Below are positions 1 through 9,449 of a DNA stretch of 32,000 nucleotides, in pieces. Within the stretch, counting starts at the first letter, position 1. Each line of letters opens with the position of its first letter. The DNA lies in assembly GCA_004010535.1 (NCBI GenBank), contig RQYE01000009.1, forward strand, positions 1 to 32,000. The letters are read 5' to 3'. The notes beneath the pieces are model-generated. The model was not told the origin of the DNA and searched no databases. It worked only from the letters and a program-made list of their open reading frames with translations. Both the position numbers and the translations under genes were made by a program. This DNA comes from Coriobacteriales bacterium OH1046. GTDB lineage: Bacteria; Actinomycetota; Coriobacteriia; Coriobacteriales; Atopobiaceae.

Positions 1-1
1 G

Positions 2-136
2 CTGGTAAAATACCAGGGGATAGCCAAGGAGGACTTCTACCTCCATCTCAAGGAATGCGAGTTCAGGTTCAACATGAGGGGGCGGGACATGTACAAGTTT
101 CTTCTCAAGGAGTTTCGGGAGAGACCCCTAAACTAG
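2..136 (+). mobile_element. C-terminal fragment of an IS1595/ISXO2-like transposase (runs off the left edge)
   Basis: My translation of 2..136: LVKYQGIAKEDFYLHLKECEFRFNMRGRDMYKFLLKEFRERPLN*. The HLKECEFRFN...MY..LL motif is typical of ISXO2-like transposase C-termini. Confidence 0.75.
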
Positions 137-459
137 GCAAGCCCCTTCCAGAATACCCCAGCCTGGTACTGGGTTCCCACATCGAGGGACTGGCGGTTGA
201 CAGCCTCGGGATCGATTACGCGGAAGAACGCGTAGAGCAGCGCATCGACCGAGGTCGAAGCGCTATCGAATGCCACGCGCACCGTCTCTCGGAAGCCCGT
301 CTCGCCCGAGCACACGCGTGCGTACGTGGCATCCTGCCCACCCGTGCCGTTGGCATAGCCGCAGGCCGTGTCGACAACGCCGGGCAACGCCTTCATCAGG
401 TGCTCGACGCCCCAGAAGCAGCCCCCGGCAAGATAGATGGTCTTGATACGCCCTTCCAT
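133..459 (-). pseudogene. msrA: Peptide methionine sulfoxide reductase MsrA, apparently truncated at the C-terminus
   Basis: Contains the catalytic GGCFWGVEHLM motif and VGTQYQAGVFW, then stops after KGLA, well short of normal MsrA length. The stop lies at the IS transposase end. Confidence 0.8.
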
Positions 460-469
460 GCTGCACCTC

Positions 470-1216
470 CTAGCGCACTTCGAGGATCACGTACTGGTTG
501 AGCTCGCCCGACGCCCCATCGGCACGGTAGCGCGCCCGCATGCGCGTCCGCGATGCGACGGTCTCGAGCAGGGCATCGATCTCGCTATCGGAAGCATGAT
601 GGCAGAAGCGGAAGGCATCCTCCTCGTCTTGCCATCCCATGAGGTAGTCATCCGGACCCAAGGCGGGCAGCCCGTAGCGCGAGCATGCTGCTGCAGTCGC
701 GTGCCGCGCCTTCCCGAGCAGGCGCCCATCGTGGGCGAATTGCCAGAACGAAACCGCCACGATACCGCCCGGACGCACCTTGCGCACGAGCGTCTCCAAC
801 AACCGCACGCGTTGCACGGGGAGCGGGAGGTGGTGCATGAAGGCAAGGCATACGGCCGCATCGCATGGCGGGGCGTCGAGCGCCGAGACGAGCGCCTCCG
901 GCTCGAGGAGCAGCTCCGCAAGATCGAGATGCTGGTACGAGATGCGCTCATCATCCACCCCGACCATCTCGTCTGCGGCATCGACCGCATGCGAGCGGGC
1001 CTGCGGGTACCGTTCGAAGAGCGCCCGCTCGAAGCGGAGGTTGCCGCAGGCGAGATCGAGGACGCGAGGGGAACCGCCGGTAGAAGGGGCGATGCACGCG
1101 AGCACCCGCTCCCAACCCGGCCAGCCCGCCGCGCGCGTCTTCGAGAAAGATGCGCCCACCTGGCGGTAGAACTCGCCGGTCAATCTGGAGAGCTGCCGTG
1201 CCAGAGCGCGGTTCAT
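470..1216 (-). CDS. Class I SAM-dependent methyltransferase, Trm9/ALKBH8-like
   Basis: FYRQVGASFSKTRAAGWPGW near the N-terminus (FS.TR...WP signature), VLDLACGNLRFE motif I and CLAFMHHLP. The ORF track allows upstream starts (1237 or 1348); MNRALARQ at 1216 is chosen. Confidence 0.7.
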   Translation of the reverse strand: MNRALARQLSRLTGEFYRQVGASFSKTRAAGWPGWERVLACIAPSTGGSPRVLDLACGNLRFERALFERYPQARSHAVDAADEMVGVDDERISYQHLDLAELLLEPEALVSALDAPPCDAAVCLAFMHHLPLPVQRVRLLETLVRKVRPGGIVAVSFWQFAHDGRLLGKARHATAAACSRYGLPALGPDDYLMGWQDEEDAFRFCHHASDSEIDALLETVASRTRMRARYRADGASGELNQYVILEVR

Positions 1217-1265
1217 GGGTGCGGGTCCCTTCGCCATCAGGGGTTCTACAGTATAATAGCCTGTC

Positions 1266-3047
1266 ATGGAACGCGTCATCCAAGATATCGTCTCTGCGAT
1301 TCGGGCAGCCGGCCGTCCGCTCGACGAGGCATGGCTCGCCAAGCTCATCCGCCGCTACAACAGGGGCGTGCGCGACGTCGCGCGGCACATCGGGAAACAG
1401 CAGCTCCTCGCCTTCTACCGCACGGCCAAGGAGGAAGATGGCCCGCTTTGGCAGAGTTGGGGGATCGGCACCGCAGAAGATCGCCTGATCCTGCGTTCGC
1501 TCACGGTCAAGCCTCGGCGCACGGCATCGGGCGTGGCCACCATCACGGTCCTCACCCTGCCCCATCCCTGCTCGGGCGCCTGCATCTACTGCCCGAATGA
1601 TATCCGCATGCCCAAGAGCTACCTCGCGAACGAACCCGCCTGCCAACGGGCGGAGCGCACCTTCTTCGATCCCTACCTGCAGGTCCGCGCACGCCTTGAC
1701 CTGCTCGAATCGAACGGCCACGTGACCGACAAGATCGAGCTCATCGTGCTGGGAGGCACGTGGAGCGACTATGCCATCCCCTACCAGGTCTGGTTCATAT
1801 CCGAGCTCTTCCGCGCGCTGAACGACAGCGACGAGGAGGCTGGACGCGTCTGCACGATGCGCAGGACATTCTATCGCGACTGCGGGCTCGATGCCGATCC
1901 CAGCGTACTCGCCGAGCAGGTCCGCGATCTGCAGGAACGCGTCGACGCCGGCAGCTGCAGCTATAACCAAGCTGTCGGGGAACTCTACGGGAGCGCTGCT
2001 TGGCAGGATGCGCGCACCATCCAGCACGCGAGCTTCGAGGCGCTCGACGAGCTCCAGCACGTGAACGAGAACGCCCTGCGGCGCGTTGTCGGGCTCTGCG
2101 TGGAGACGAGGCCCGACCTCGTCGACAGCCGTTCGGCCGAGCTCATGCGCCGTCTCGGCTGCACGAAGATCCAGATCGGCATCCAAAGCCTCGACCAGGA
2201 GACCCTCGATGCGTGCGGCAGGCACATGGCTGCGGGGCAGATCGCCCGCGCGTTCGCGATCCTGCGCCTCTTCGGCTTCAAGATCCTCGCGCACATGATG
2301 GCGAACCTCGTGGGTGCCACGCCCGAGCGGGATAAGCGCGACTACGAGCGCCTCGTACGCGATCCGCGGTTCCTCCCCGACGAGGTCAAGCTCTACCCTT
2401 GCGTCCTGGTGGAGAGCGCCGCCCTCACGCACCTCTACCGGCAGGGCCTCTGGCACCCCTATCCCGAGGATGTCCTCGTGGACGTGTTGGCGGCAGATGT
2501 CGCTGCAACCCCCGCCTATGTGCGCATCTCGCGTATGATCCGCGACATCTCCTCCGGCGACATCGTCGCCGGCAACACGAGGACCAATCTGCGCCAGATG
2601 GTCGACGGGCAGGGAAAGGATGCCGGCTCGAAGATCGTCGAGATACGCCAGCGCGAGATCGCGACCGAGGACATATCCGCGGACGACCTGCATCTCGCCT
2701 GCATACCCTACACGACAACCGTGAGCGAGGAGCGCTTCCTCCAATGGGTGACCGCCGATGGTGCCATCGCGGGGTTCCTGCGGCTCTCGCTGCCCCATCG
2801 CCGGGGGGCTGCGATGATCCGCGAGGTCCACATCTACGGGCGCGTTGCCGGGCTGGGATCATCCGAGGAAGGCGGCGCGCAGCACATCGGCCTCGGAAGG
2901 CGGCTCGTCGAAGAGGCCTGCCGGCAGGCGCGCGCGGCAGGATACCATGGGATCCGCGTCATCAGCTCCGTGGGCACGCGTGCGTATTACCGCAAGCTCG
3001 GGTTTATCGATGATGGGCTCTACCAGATGCGCACGATCGGAGCGTAA
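1266..3047 (+). CDS. elp3: Elp3-family tRNA uridine(34) acetyltransferase/radical SAM protein
   Basis: HPCSGACIYCPNDIRMPKSYLANEPACQRA radical SAM motif, plus a C-terminal GNAT domain (EVHIYGRV...GLGRRLVEEACRQARAAGYHGIRVISSVGTRAYYRKLGF). Confidence 0.92.
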   Translation: MERVIQDIVSAIRAAGRPLDEAWLAKLIRRYNRGVRDVARHIGKQQLLAFYRTAKEEDGPLWQSWGIGTAEDRLILRSLTVKPRRTASGVATITVLTLPHPCSGACIYCPNDIRMPKSYLANEPACQRAERTFFDPYLQVRARLDLLESNGHVTDKIELIVLGGTWSDYAIPYQVWFISELFRALNDSDEEAGRVCTMRRTFYRDCGLDADPSVLAEQVRDLQERVDAGSCSYNQAVGELYGSAAWQDARTIQHASFEALDELQHVNENALRRVVGLCVETRPDLVDSRSAELMRRLGCTKIQIGIQSLDQETLDACGRHMAAGQIARAFAILRLFGFKILAHMMANLVGATPERDKRDYERLVRDPRFLPDEVKLYPCVLVESAALTHLYRQGLWHPYPEDVLVDVLAADVAATPAYVRISRMIRDISSGDIVAGNTRTNLRQMVDGQGKDAGSKIVEIRQREIATEDISADDLHLACIPYTTTVSEERFLQWVTADGAIAGFLRLSLPHRRGAAMIREVHIYGRVAGLGSSEEGGAQHIGLGRRLVEEACRQARAAGYHGIRVISSVGTRAYYRKLGFIDDGLYQMRTIGA

Positions 3048-3093
3048 GGGCTTATACTGCTGGCGAGCCGAAAACCGCATAGAGGAGGCAGCT

Positions 3094-3591
3094 ATGGCAG
3101 AGACGATGGATAGGATCGCAAGTTTCCAGATGAACCACCTCATCCTGGAACCCGGCATATACATCTCGCGCATCGACCGCGATCCCGCGACGGGTTCGGC
3201 TGTCACCACCTTCGACCTGCGTATGACGCGCCCCAACCGCGAACCCGTCATGGACACCGGTGCCATCCACACCATCGAGCACCTGCTCGCCACCCATCTG
3301 CGCAACAGCGCCGCATGGAAGGACCGCGTGATCTATGCCGGTCCCATGGGCTGCAGGACCGGCTTCTACCTGGTGATGTTCGGCGAGCTCGCGAGCACGG
3401 AGGTGCTCGGGCCCGTCCGCGACGCCTTCCGCTTCATCGCGGACTTCGAGGGCGAGATCCCGGGCGCCCGCCCCGAGCAATGCGGCAACTACAACGATCA
3501 GAACCTCGACGAGGCTCGTTGGGAGGCTCGGCGCTACCTTGAGCGCGCGCTCGAGAATCCCCGTCCCGACCAGCTTGCGTACCGGGATTAG
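3094..3591 (+). CDS. luxS: S-ribosylhomocysteine lyase LuxS
   Basis: HTIEHLLATHLRN zinc-binding motif, MGCRTGFYL and CGNYNDQNL. RBS-like aggagg lies just upstream. Confidence 0.95.
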   Translation: MAETMDRIASFQMNHLILEPGIYISRIDRDPATGSAVTTFDLRMTRPNREPVMDTGAIHTIEHLLATHLRNSAAWKDRVIYAGPMGCRTGFYLVMFGELASTEVLGPVRDAFRFIADFEGEIPGARPEQCGNYNDQNLDEARWEARRYLERALENPRPDQLAYRD

Positions 3592-3615
3592 CCGCATAGG
3601 GCACAGGAGGCCGCC

Positions 3616-4452
3616 ATGTCGTCAGCACGTACCGAGAGCATCTTCATCTCCGTCGAGAAGGGCATCCAGATCCATGCATGGGATGCGGGCGCTGAAGATG
3701 CACCGGCCCTCGTCTTCATCCCCGGACTCACCTTCTCGGGCGAGGTCTTCATGAACCAGCTCGAGCACTTCCGCGACCGTTACCGCGTGGTGCTCGTCGA
3801 TCCGCGCGGCCAAGGCCTCTCCACCAAGTGCCCGATGGGCAACGACTACCAGACCCATGGCGCCGACCTCATCAAGGTGGTTGCGGCGCTCGGCATCGAG
3901 AAGCCCACGCTCATCGGTTGGAGCTGCGGCAACCTCGAGGCATGGAGCTATCTGGAGCAGGCGGGCGTGGATTCCGCCGCCGGCTGCGTGACGGTCGACA
4001 TGAGCCCGCTGCCCCACAGCGAGGATCCGTCCGCATGGACGGAGGGCTCGCCGGCAGAGCTTTCCGAGGTGATGACGCGCGTACTCATCGATCCCGAGAG
4101 CAGCCGCGCCTTCTGGGACGAGTACCTGCGCGGAGTCATGTGGGAAGGCCCGATCGCGCCCGAGGAATACGACTACTTCATGGATATGGGCGCCCGCACG
4201 CCCTCCTGGATAGCGCACGAGCTCTTCGGCGATGCGATCCTCTCAGACTACCGGGCCATCGCGCAGGAAGCGGCCAGGAAGATCCCCACGCTCATGTTCA
4301 TCGCCAAGCACTGGGCGGATGTTGCCGTACCCTGGTACCGCACCCTCTGTCCCGAGACGCCCATCCACGTGATGGGAGGGCATCTCATGGCCGCGCAGTA
4401 CCCCGACGAGTTCAACGCGCGCCTCGAGGAGTTCCTCGCCACGGGCAGGTAA
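3616..4452 (+). CDS. Alpha/beta hydrolase
   Basis: VFIPGLTFSGEVF, DPRGQGLS and nucleophile elbow GWSCG; C-terminal H in PIHVMGGHLM. Confidence 0.85.
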   Translation: MSSARTESIFISVEKGIQIHAWDAGAEDAPALVFIPGLTFSGEVFMNQLEHFRDRYRVVLVDPRGQGLSTKCPMGNDYQTHGADLIKVVAALGIEKPTLIGWSCGNLEAWSYLEQAGVDSAAGCVTVDMSPLPHSEDPSAWTEGSPAELSEVMTRVLIDPESSRAFWDEYLRGVMWEGPIAPEEYDYFMDMGARTPSWIAHELFGDAILSDYRAIAQEAARKIPTLMFIAKHWADVAVPWYRTLCPETPIHVMGGHLMAAQYPDEFNARLEEFLATGR

Positions 4453-4533
4453 GCCAGGGGCTCGCGTTTTGCCGGATTCCCGCTGCTGCCGAGCACCGTG
4501 GGTGCCCGCGAGCATCCCTTGGGTTGATTTCGC

Positions 4534-4576
4534 GATTTTCCGAGAATGATAGTCTGACTATCATTCTCGGAAAATC
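4534..4576. terminator. Near-perfect 43-nt palindrome between convergent genes
   Basis: GATTTTCCGAGAATGATAGTC t GACTATCATTCTCGGAAAATC, 21-nt arms, 1-nt centre. Confidence 0.55.
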
Positions 4577-4595
4577 CGCCCTGCATGCGCCGGGG

Positions 4596-5732
4596 CTATT
4601 CCTCCGCTTTGCTCCCGTCCCCCATCGCCGCCTCGCGCAGCGCGATCCAACGATCGAGCTCGGCCTTGATGAACGCCGCCGTGGGAACCGCCACGAGCAT
4701 GCCCGCGATACCGCCGATGGCGCTGCCGGCGATCAACGCGGCCACCACGAGCAGGGGATGCACCTCCACAGCCTCGGAGAGCAGGCGCGGGTTGATGACA
4801 TTGCCGTCCACGAACATGACCACGGCGAGCGCGATCACGCCGGCGGCCAGCTTGCCGAAATCGCCCTCCACGAGGCAGACGATGATGGTCGCGCCGAAAC
4901 CCACGGGGCCGCCCACGTAGGGGATGAGGTTCCCCATCCCCGTGAGCATGCCGATGATCGGCCAATACGGCACGTCTATGATGGCGAAGACCAGCGTGGT
5001 GAGCATGCCCACCACGAGCGCATCGACGAATTGGCCGCGTATATAGCCCGAGAATGCATCGTTCGCATCCTCGACGACGAACGAGAGGTCGGGCATCGCA
5101 CGCCCACCGAGGATGGCATTGAACAGGCGCTTGAAGTACCTGACCACCCCCTCGCCGTCGAGCAGGAAATAGATGCCGAAGATGATGGAGAAGACTACCG
5201 TGGTGGCCCCGCCGGTGACCTTGGACACCGCTCCGGTGATGGCACCCGCCGTGTCGCCCCCTAGGGAGATACCGAGTTCTTCGGCCATCATCCTGATGTT
5301 CTCGAGAAGCTCCATGACATCGCCCTCCATCGAATCGAGGATCGATCTCAAGGTCTCGATGGTCACGCTCTCGAGGCTGCGCGTGATGACGAGGAGCAGG
5401 AGCGCGACAAGGCCCACGATGATGGCGGTGAGCAATGCGAAGGTGATGGCGACACTCGCATAGAGCCGTCGCGTATCATCCGCGATGAACCCCCTCCCGA
5501 CGAGGCGCGCGTCGAACCAGCGCACGATGGGAAGCAGGATGTAGCAGATGAGCGCACCCCATATGATGGGTTGGAGGATGGCCTTTCCAAGCGACCATGC
5601 GCCTCCGAGCACCGCGCCCGAATGATAGAGCAGCAGTATCGCTGCGACGACGAGCAGCACCGTCACACCGGCATAGGCGCAGATCTTCAGGTATCTCTCA
5701 TCGAGATGTTTTTTCAACCAGCTCATAGCCAT
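4596..5732 (-). CDS. AI-2E/PerM (UPF0118) family membrane protein
   Basis: Multiple transmembrane segments; PYVGGPVGFGATI and VDGNVINPRLL motifs typical of the AI-2E transporter family. Start MAMSWLKKH. Confidence 0.88.
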   Translation of the reverse strand: MAMSWLKKHLDERYLKICAYAGVTVLLVVAAILLLYHSGAVLGGAWSLGKAILQPIIWGALICYILLPIVRWFDARLVGRGFIADDTRRLYASVAITFALLTAIIVGLVALLLLVITRSLESVTIETLRSILDSMEGDVMELLENIRMMAEELGISLGGDTAGAITGAVSKVTGGATTVVFSIIFGIYFLLDGEGVVRYFKRLFNAILGGRAMPDLSFVVEDANDAFSGYIRGQFVDALVVGMLTTLVFAIIDVPYWPIIGMLTGMGNLIPYVGGPVGFGATIIVCLVEGDFGKLAAGVIALAVVMFVDGNVINPRLLSEAVEVHPLLVVAALIAGSAIGGIAGMLVAVPTAAFIKAELDRWIALREAAMGDGSKAEE

Positions 5733-5746
5733 CCTCGATCCAGCTC

Positions 5747-6541
5747 TCACACGCGATTGTAGGCCGCGAAGAATCTCCGCGTCTCGGGGTCGGTCGGATA
5801 GTCCATGACCTCCTCGGGCGATCCGTTCTCGGCTACCTTGCCGCGACGGAGCAGCACGATACGGTCGGCAGCATCGTGTGCGAAGCCCATCTCATGGGTA
5901 GCCATGAGGATCGTCGCGCCCTGGTGCTTGAGCTCGCCGACCATCTCGAGCACCTCGCCCACCAGCAGGGGGTCGAGCGCCGAGGTGATCTCATCCAAGA
6001 GGAGCAGCTCGGGCTCCATCATGAGGGCGCGGCAGATGGCGACGCGCTGTTGCTGGCCACCGGAAAGGCGGTCGGGATACTCCTTAGCCTTCCGCTCCAT
6101 GCCGATGCGCCTGAGCAGCCCCATGGCCTTCTCCTCGGCCTTGTCGCGCGGCCACTTATGGACCTTGCGCGCAGAGAGCGTGACATTATTCAAAACCGTC
6201 ATATGGGAGAAGAGGTTGAACTGCTGGAACACCACGCCGATACGCGCGCGGACCTTATCCTGATCGATGCGCGGATCGGTGATGTCGGTGGCGCCCAGCC
6301 AAATCTGGCCATCGTCGACGCGCTCGAGCAGGTTCACGCATTTCATGATCGTGGACTTGCCCGAACCGGACGCGCCCAGAAGAGCCACCGTCTCGTGCTT
6401 GCGCACGTCGAAGGAGATGTGATCGAGGACGGTGTTGTCCCCAAAGCGCTTGACCACGTTATCGATGCGCAGGACCTTCTCGCCGAACACGGGCGCGGCA
6501 TGCTCGGCGGAGATCGGACGATCGTGCTTCTCGTCTGCCAT
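5747..6541 (-). CDS. Amino acid-type ABC transporter ATP-binding protein
   Basis: Walker A GASGSGKST, signature LSGGQQQRVAICRAL, Walker B LLLLDE, H-loop ATHEMGFA. Confidence 0.95.
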   Translation of the reverse strand: MADEKHDRPISAEHAAPVFGEKVLRIDNVVKRFGDNTVLDHISFDVRKHETVALLGASGSGKSTIMKCVNLLERVDDGQIWLGATDITDPRIDQDKVRARIGVVFQQFNLFSHMTVLNNVTLSARKVHKWPRDKAEEKAMGLLRRIGMERKAKEYPDRLSGGQQQRVAICRALMMEPELLLLDEITSALDPLLVGEVLEMVGELKHQGATILMATHEMGFAHDAADRIVLLRRGKVAENGSPEEVMDYPTDPETRRFFAAYNRV

Positions 6542-7398
6542 CAGACCATGCCCCCCGTCTGCTCGCGCTTGCGGAGCTTGGCGGAGTACCAGTCGTTCAG
6601 GAGGATGAAGGGCACGCTCATGAGGATGAAGAGCACGCTCGCCACCACATAGGGCGTGAAATTGTAGGTCTTGGCGACCACGATCTGCGCGGCGCGGACC
6701 GCGTCGATGGCACCGAGCGTGGAGATCAGGCCCACATCCTTCTGCATGGCGATGAAATCGTTCATAAGGGCGGGAGCGATCTTGCGGAGCGCCTGCGGGA
6801 TGATGACGAGACGCATGGTCTGGCCCGTGGTCAGGCCCAGCGAGCGCGCGGACGCGCGCTGGGACGGATGGACATCCTCGAAGCCGGCGCGCAGGACCTC
6901 GGCGATATAGGCGGAGTAGGACATGACCACGGCGACGGTGCCGAGGACGGCCTTATCGATACGGCCGAAGAGGTCGAGTCCCGGAATGCCGAAGCCGATG
7001 AGGTAGAGCACGACGATCATGGGGATACCGCGCATGATCGTGGTGTAGAAGCGCGCCACGACGCGCAGGGGGAACATGACCGCCGAGGTGGTGATGCGAA
7101 TGAGCGCAAGCGAGGTTCCCAGCACCGCAACGCCTGCAAGCGCGACGATGAGCACGCGGATGTTCAGCAAAAGGCCCTCGACGACCTGGGGCCATGCGAG
7201 CGCGAAGTACTCGGCGGAGAAGAACGATTCCTTGACGCGCGGCCAGCCGGGCGAGCTCTTCAGGACCGCTACGACGAGCGCGACGAAGATGATCGTCGAT
7301 ACGATGCTCGTGGCAACGGAGCGCATGCTCTCCTTGCGACGAAACCCAGCACGTTCGCGCTCGACTTCGCTGACCTGCTGGACAGGGATATCAGGCAT
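6541..7398 (-). CDS. Amino acid-type ABC transporter permease
   Basis: EAA-loop region RSLGLTTGQTMRLVIIPQALRKIAPALMNDFIAMQKDVGL; transmembrane segments. Coordinates overlap the ATPase start. Start MPDIPVQQ chosen. Confidence 0.92.
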   Translation of the reverse strand: MPDIPVQQVSEVERERAGFRRKESMRSVATSIVSTIIFVALVVAVLKSSPGWPRVKESFFSAEYFALAWPQVVEGLLLNIRVLIVALAGVAVLGTSLALIRITTSAVMFPLRVVARFYTTIMRGIPMIVVLYLIGFGIPGLDLFGRIDKAVLGTVAVVMSYSAYIAEVLRAGFEDVHPSQRASARSLGLTTGQTMRLVIIPQALRKIAPALMNDFIAMQKDVGLISTLGAIDAVRAAQIVVAKTYNFTPYVVASVLFILMSVPFILLNDWYSAKLRKREQTGGMV

Positions 7399-7447
7399 TC
7401 TGGGAATCACCTCTTCGGCCGAGGCTCGGTATAACGGGAACGCGCGG

Positions 7448-7501
7448 GGGACATGCCCCTGTTGCCGTGGCACGTTTGCTGCGGCTGCAGGGGCATGTCC
7501 C
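7448..7501 (-). promoter_or_regulatory. Inverted repeat between substrate-binding protein and permease genes (possible attenuator or mRNA-stabilising stem)
   Basis: GGGACATGCCCCTG (7448-7461) and CAGGGGCATGTCCC (7488-7501): perfect 14-nt arms, 26-nt loop. Confidence 0.5.
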
Positions 7502-7536
7502 TCTTCATGCATCGTATCCGGTCGCTTGGCGTCCCC

Positions 7537-8421
7537 TTACTCGGTGAGCACGGGGATATCGCTCGTGTAGGCGGCCAGCCACTGGTCGACGAGACCTTGG
7601 ACGGTACCGTCCTCGAGGATGGCGTCCATGGCCTCGGTCACGAATGGGGTGAGCGGGGAATCCTTGGCGAGGGTGATGCCCAGGCCCTCGGGATCCTCGG
7701 TACCGGGGATCTGGCCGACGACGACGCTGTTCTCGACCTGATCGGACTCGACCATGTAGACGCACTGAGGGGTGTCGGTGACGAGGGCGTCGGCCTGACC
7801 GCTGGAAACGGCTGCGGCAGCATCGGAGTTGTCGTTATAAACCTCGGGCTCGACCCCCAGGATGTCTTTGACGTAATCGAGGGCGGTGGTGCCCATCATG
7901 ACGCCGACGACAGCATCTGCGAAATCGGCGCAGGAGGTGGCATTGGCATATGCGCTGTCGGCCTTCACGATGATTGACTGGGTGGGGCGGAAGTATGCCG
8001 GCGAGAAATCGATGGCCTTCTTGCGGTCATCGTTGATGGAGACCTGCTGGATGTTGAGATCCCAATCGTGCTGACCGGGGGCATAGGCCTCTTCGAAGGT
8101 GGTGCGGACCCATGCGACATCCTCTGCGGCAAAGCCCATCTTATCGGCAAGCGCGTAGATGAGCGCGGCCTCGAAGCCCTCGCCGGACTCGGGGGCATCG
8201 TTCATGACCCACGGCTCCCACGCGGGATTGCCGGTGGCGACGGTGAGCTTGCCGGGCACGGAGGTGAGGGACTTGACGTCGTTGGGGTCGGTTGCGGGGG
8301 CGTCACCGCCGCCGGTATCGTTGCCGCCACCGTTGTTGCATGCGGCAAGGCCGGCCACGGCGAGCGCGGAAGCGCCGAGCGAGAGGAGCTGACGACGAGA
8401 TATGACGAACGCGGATTCCAT
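7537..8421 (-). CDS. ABC transporter substrate-binding lipoprotein (amino acid type)
   Basis: Lipobox LAVAGLAAC after an RRQLLSLG signal; GKLTVATGNPAWEPWV, GFEAALIYALADKMGF and ITLAKDSPLTPFV match periplasmic solute-binding proteins. Confidence 0.92.
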   Translation of the reverse strand: MESAFVISRRQLLSLGASALAVAGLAACNNGGGNDTGGGDAPATDPNDVKSLTSVPGKLTVATGNPAWEPWVMNDAPESGEGFEAALIYALADKMGFAAEDVAWVRTTFEEAYAPGQHDWDLNIQQVSINDDRKKAIDFSPAYFRPTQSIIVKADSAYANATSCADFADAVVGVMMGTTALDYVKDILGVEPEVYNDNSDAAAAVSSGQADALVTDTPQCVYMVESDQVENSVVVGQIPGTEDPEGLGITLAKDSPLTPFVTEAMDAILEDGTVQGLVDQWLAAYTSDIPVLTE

Positions 8422-8646
8422 GCTGCAGTTCCTTCCATCCAAAATGCATGCGGTGCGCAACGTTGCGCCGTACGGGAAAACCACGGAGAATCATAGCACG
8501 CGACCTGCATATCTCCCAACCGCACGGGGAGGTTAATAGTATGGAAACCGGAATTATCTACAATGGATAGATCGGGCTTGCGGGATGCAGGGAGATGGAG
8601 GCGAGCCATCCACCGCCGCCCCCGCGCCGATAGCGCAAGGAGGACC

Positions 8647-9414
8647 ATGGGCAAGACCATCGCCATCGAATGCGCGCTGTCCAAAGAGGCCGCGCTCTTC
8701 TTCGAGCTGCCCGGAGAAGCCCCTGCGACCGAATACGGCATCGTGTGGGCCATGCGCGATCTGGACGGCACGCGTCTCGCTGTGGCTGTCGCGGGCATGG
8801 GCACCATCAACGCAGCCGCCACCGCCCAGTTCCTGATCGATCGCTTCGCTCCGGACGCGCTGATCTTCTCGGGCATAGCGGGCAGCCTGAACCCGCGCAT
8901 CGGCATGGGCGATGTGGTGGTGGGCAAGCGGCTCGAATGCCTCGAATCCGACATGGCCATCATCGCGGAATGCGCCCCGTATCTGGAGAGCTTCCCCACG
9001 GATGGGGGCCTTGTGCAAGCTGCCGAAGCCGAGCTCGATAGCCGCCGCTTCGAGCGTGCGCCTTCCCTGAGCGAAGCCGGTGCAGACGGGCACGCATCCG
9101 CATCCGGTACCCTCGAGGCCCACGCACCGCGCTACACGATCGGCGCCATCGCCACGAGCGATCTCTTCTCAACAGCGCCCGAAGACCTCGAGGAGCTGCG
9201 CCGCCGCTATGGCGCCGACTGCGAGGAGATGGAGGGCGCGGCTGCAGCTCAGATATGTGCGCGGTGCGGGGTGCCGTTCCTCGCCATCCGCTCGATCAGC
9301 AACGTGTGCGGAGAGGCCTACGGAGCCCTCGACGGCCGCCAAGCAGACCTCATCGCCACGGCACGCCTCGCCGCAGAGATCACCCTCGGTGTGGCGAAGC
9401 GGATAGCCACGTGA
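8647..9414 (+). CDS. 5-methylthioadenosine/S-adenosylhomocysteine nucleosidase-like (PNP/UDP phosphorylase superfamily)
   Basis: TIAIECALSKEAALF, GMGTINAA, FSGIAGSLNPRIGMGDVVVG, CEEMEGAAAAQICARCGVPFLAIRSISN. Exact substrate not determinable. Confidence 0.82.
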   Translation: MGKTIAIECALSKEAALFFELPGEAPATEYGIVWAMRDLDGTRLAVAVAGMGTINAAATAQFLIDRFAPDALIFSGIAGSLNPRIGMGDVVVGKRLECLESDMAIIAECAPYLESFPTDGGLVQAAEAELDSRRFERAPSLSEAGADGHASASGTLEAHAPRYTIGAIATSDLFSTAPEDLEELRRRYGADCEEMEGAAAAQICARCGVPFLAIRSISNVCGEAYGALDGRQADLIATARLAAEITLGVAKRIAT

Positions 9415-9449
9415 CAGAGACCCGCTCCCGGTTGCTTATCGCGCTCGCC

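Noticed and set aside
951-2831. 626-aa minus-strand ORF
   Set aside because: Antisense to the well-supported elp3 gene; Arg/Gly/His-rich composition typical of a spurious high-GC ORF.
3828-5264. 478-aa plus-strand ORF
   Set aside because: Overlaps the alpha/beta hydrolase in another frame and runs antisense into the AI-2E family gene.
4596-5732. Calling this gene an AI-2 exporter because luxS is close
   Set aside because: The AI-2E/PerM family is broad and many members have other transport roles; proximity to luxS is suggestive only.
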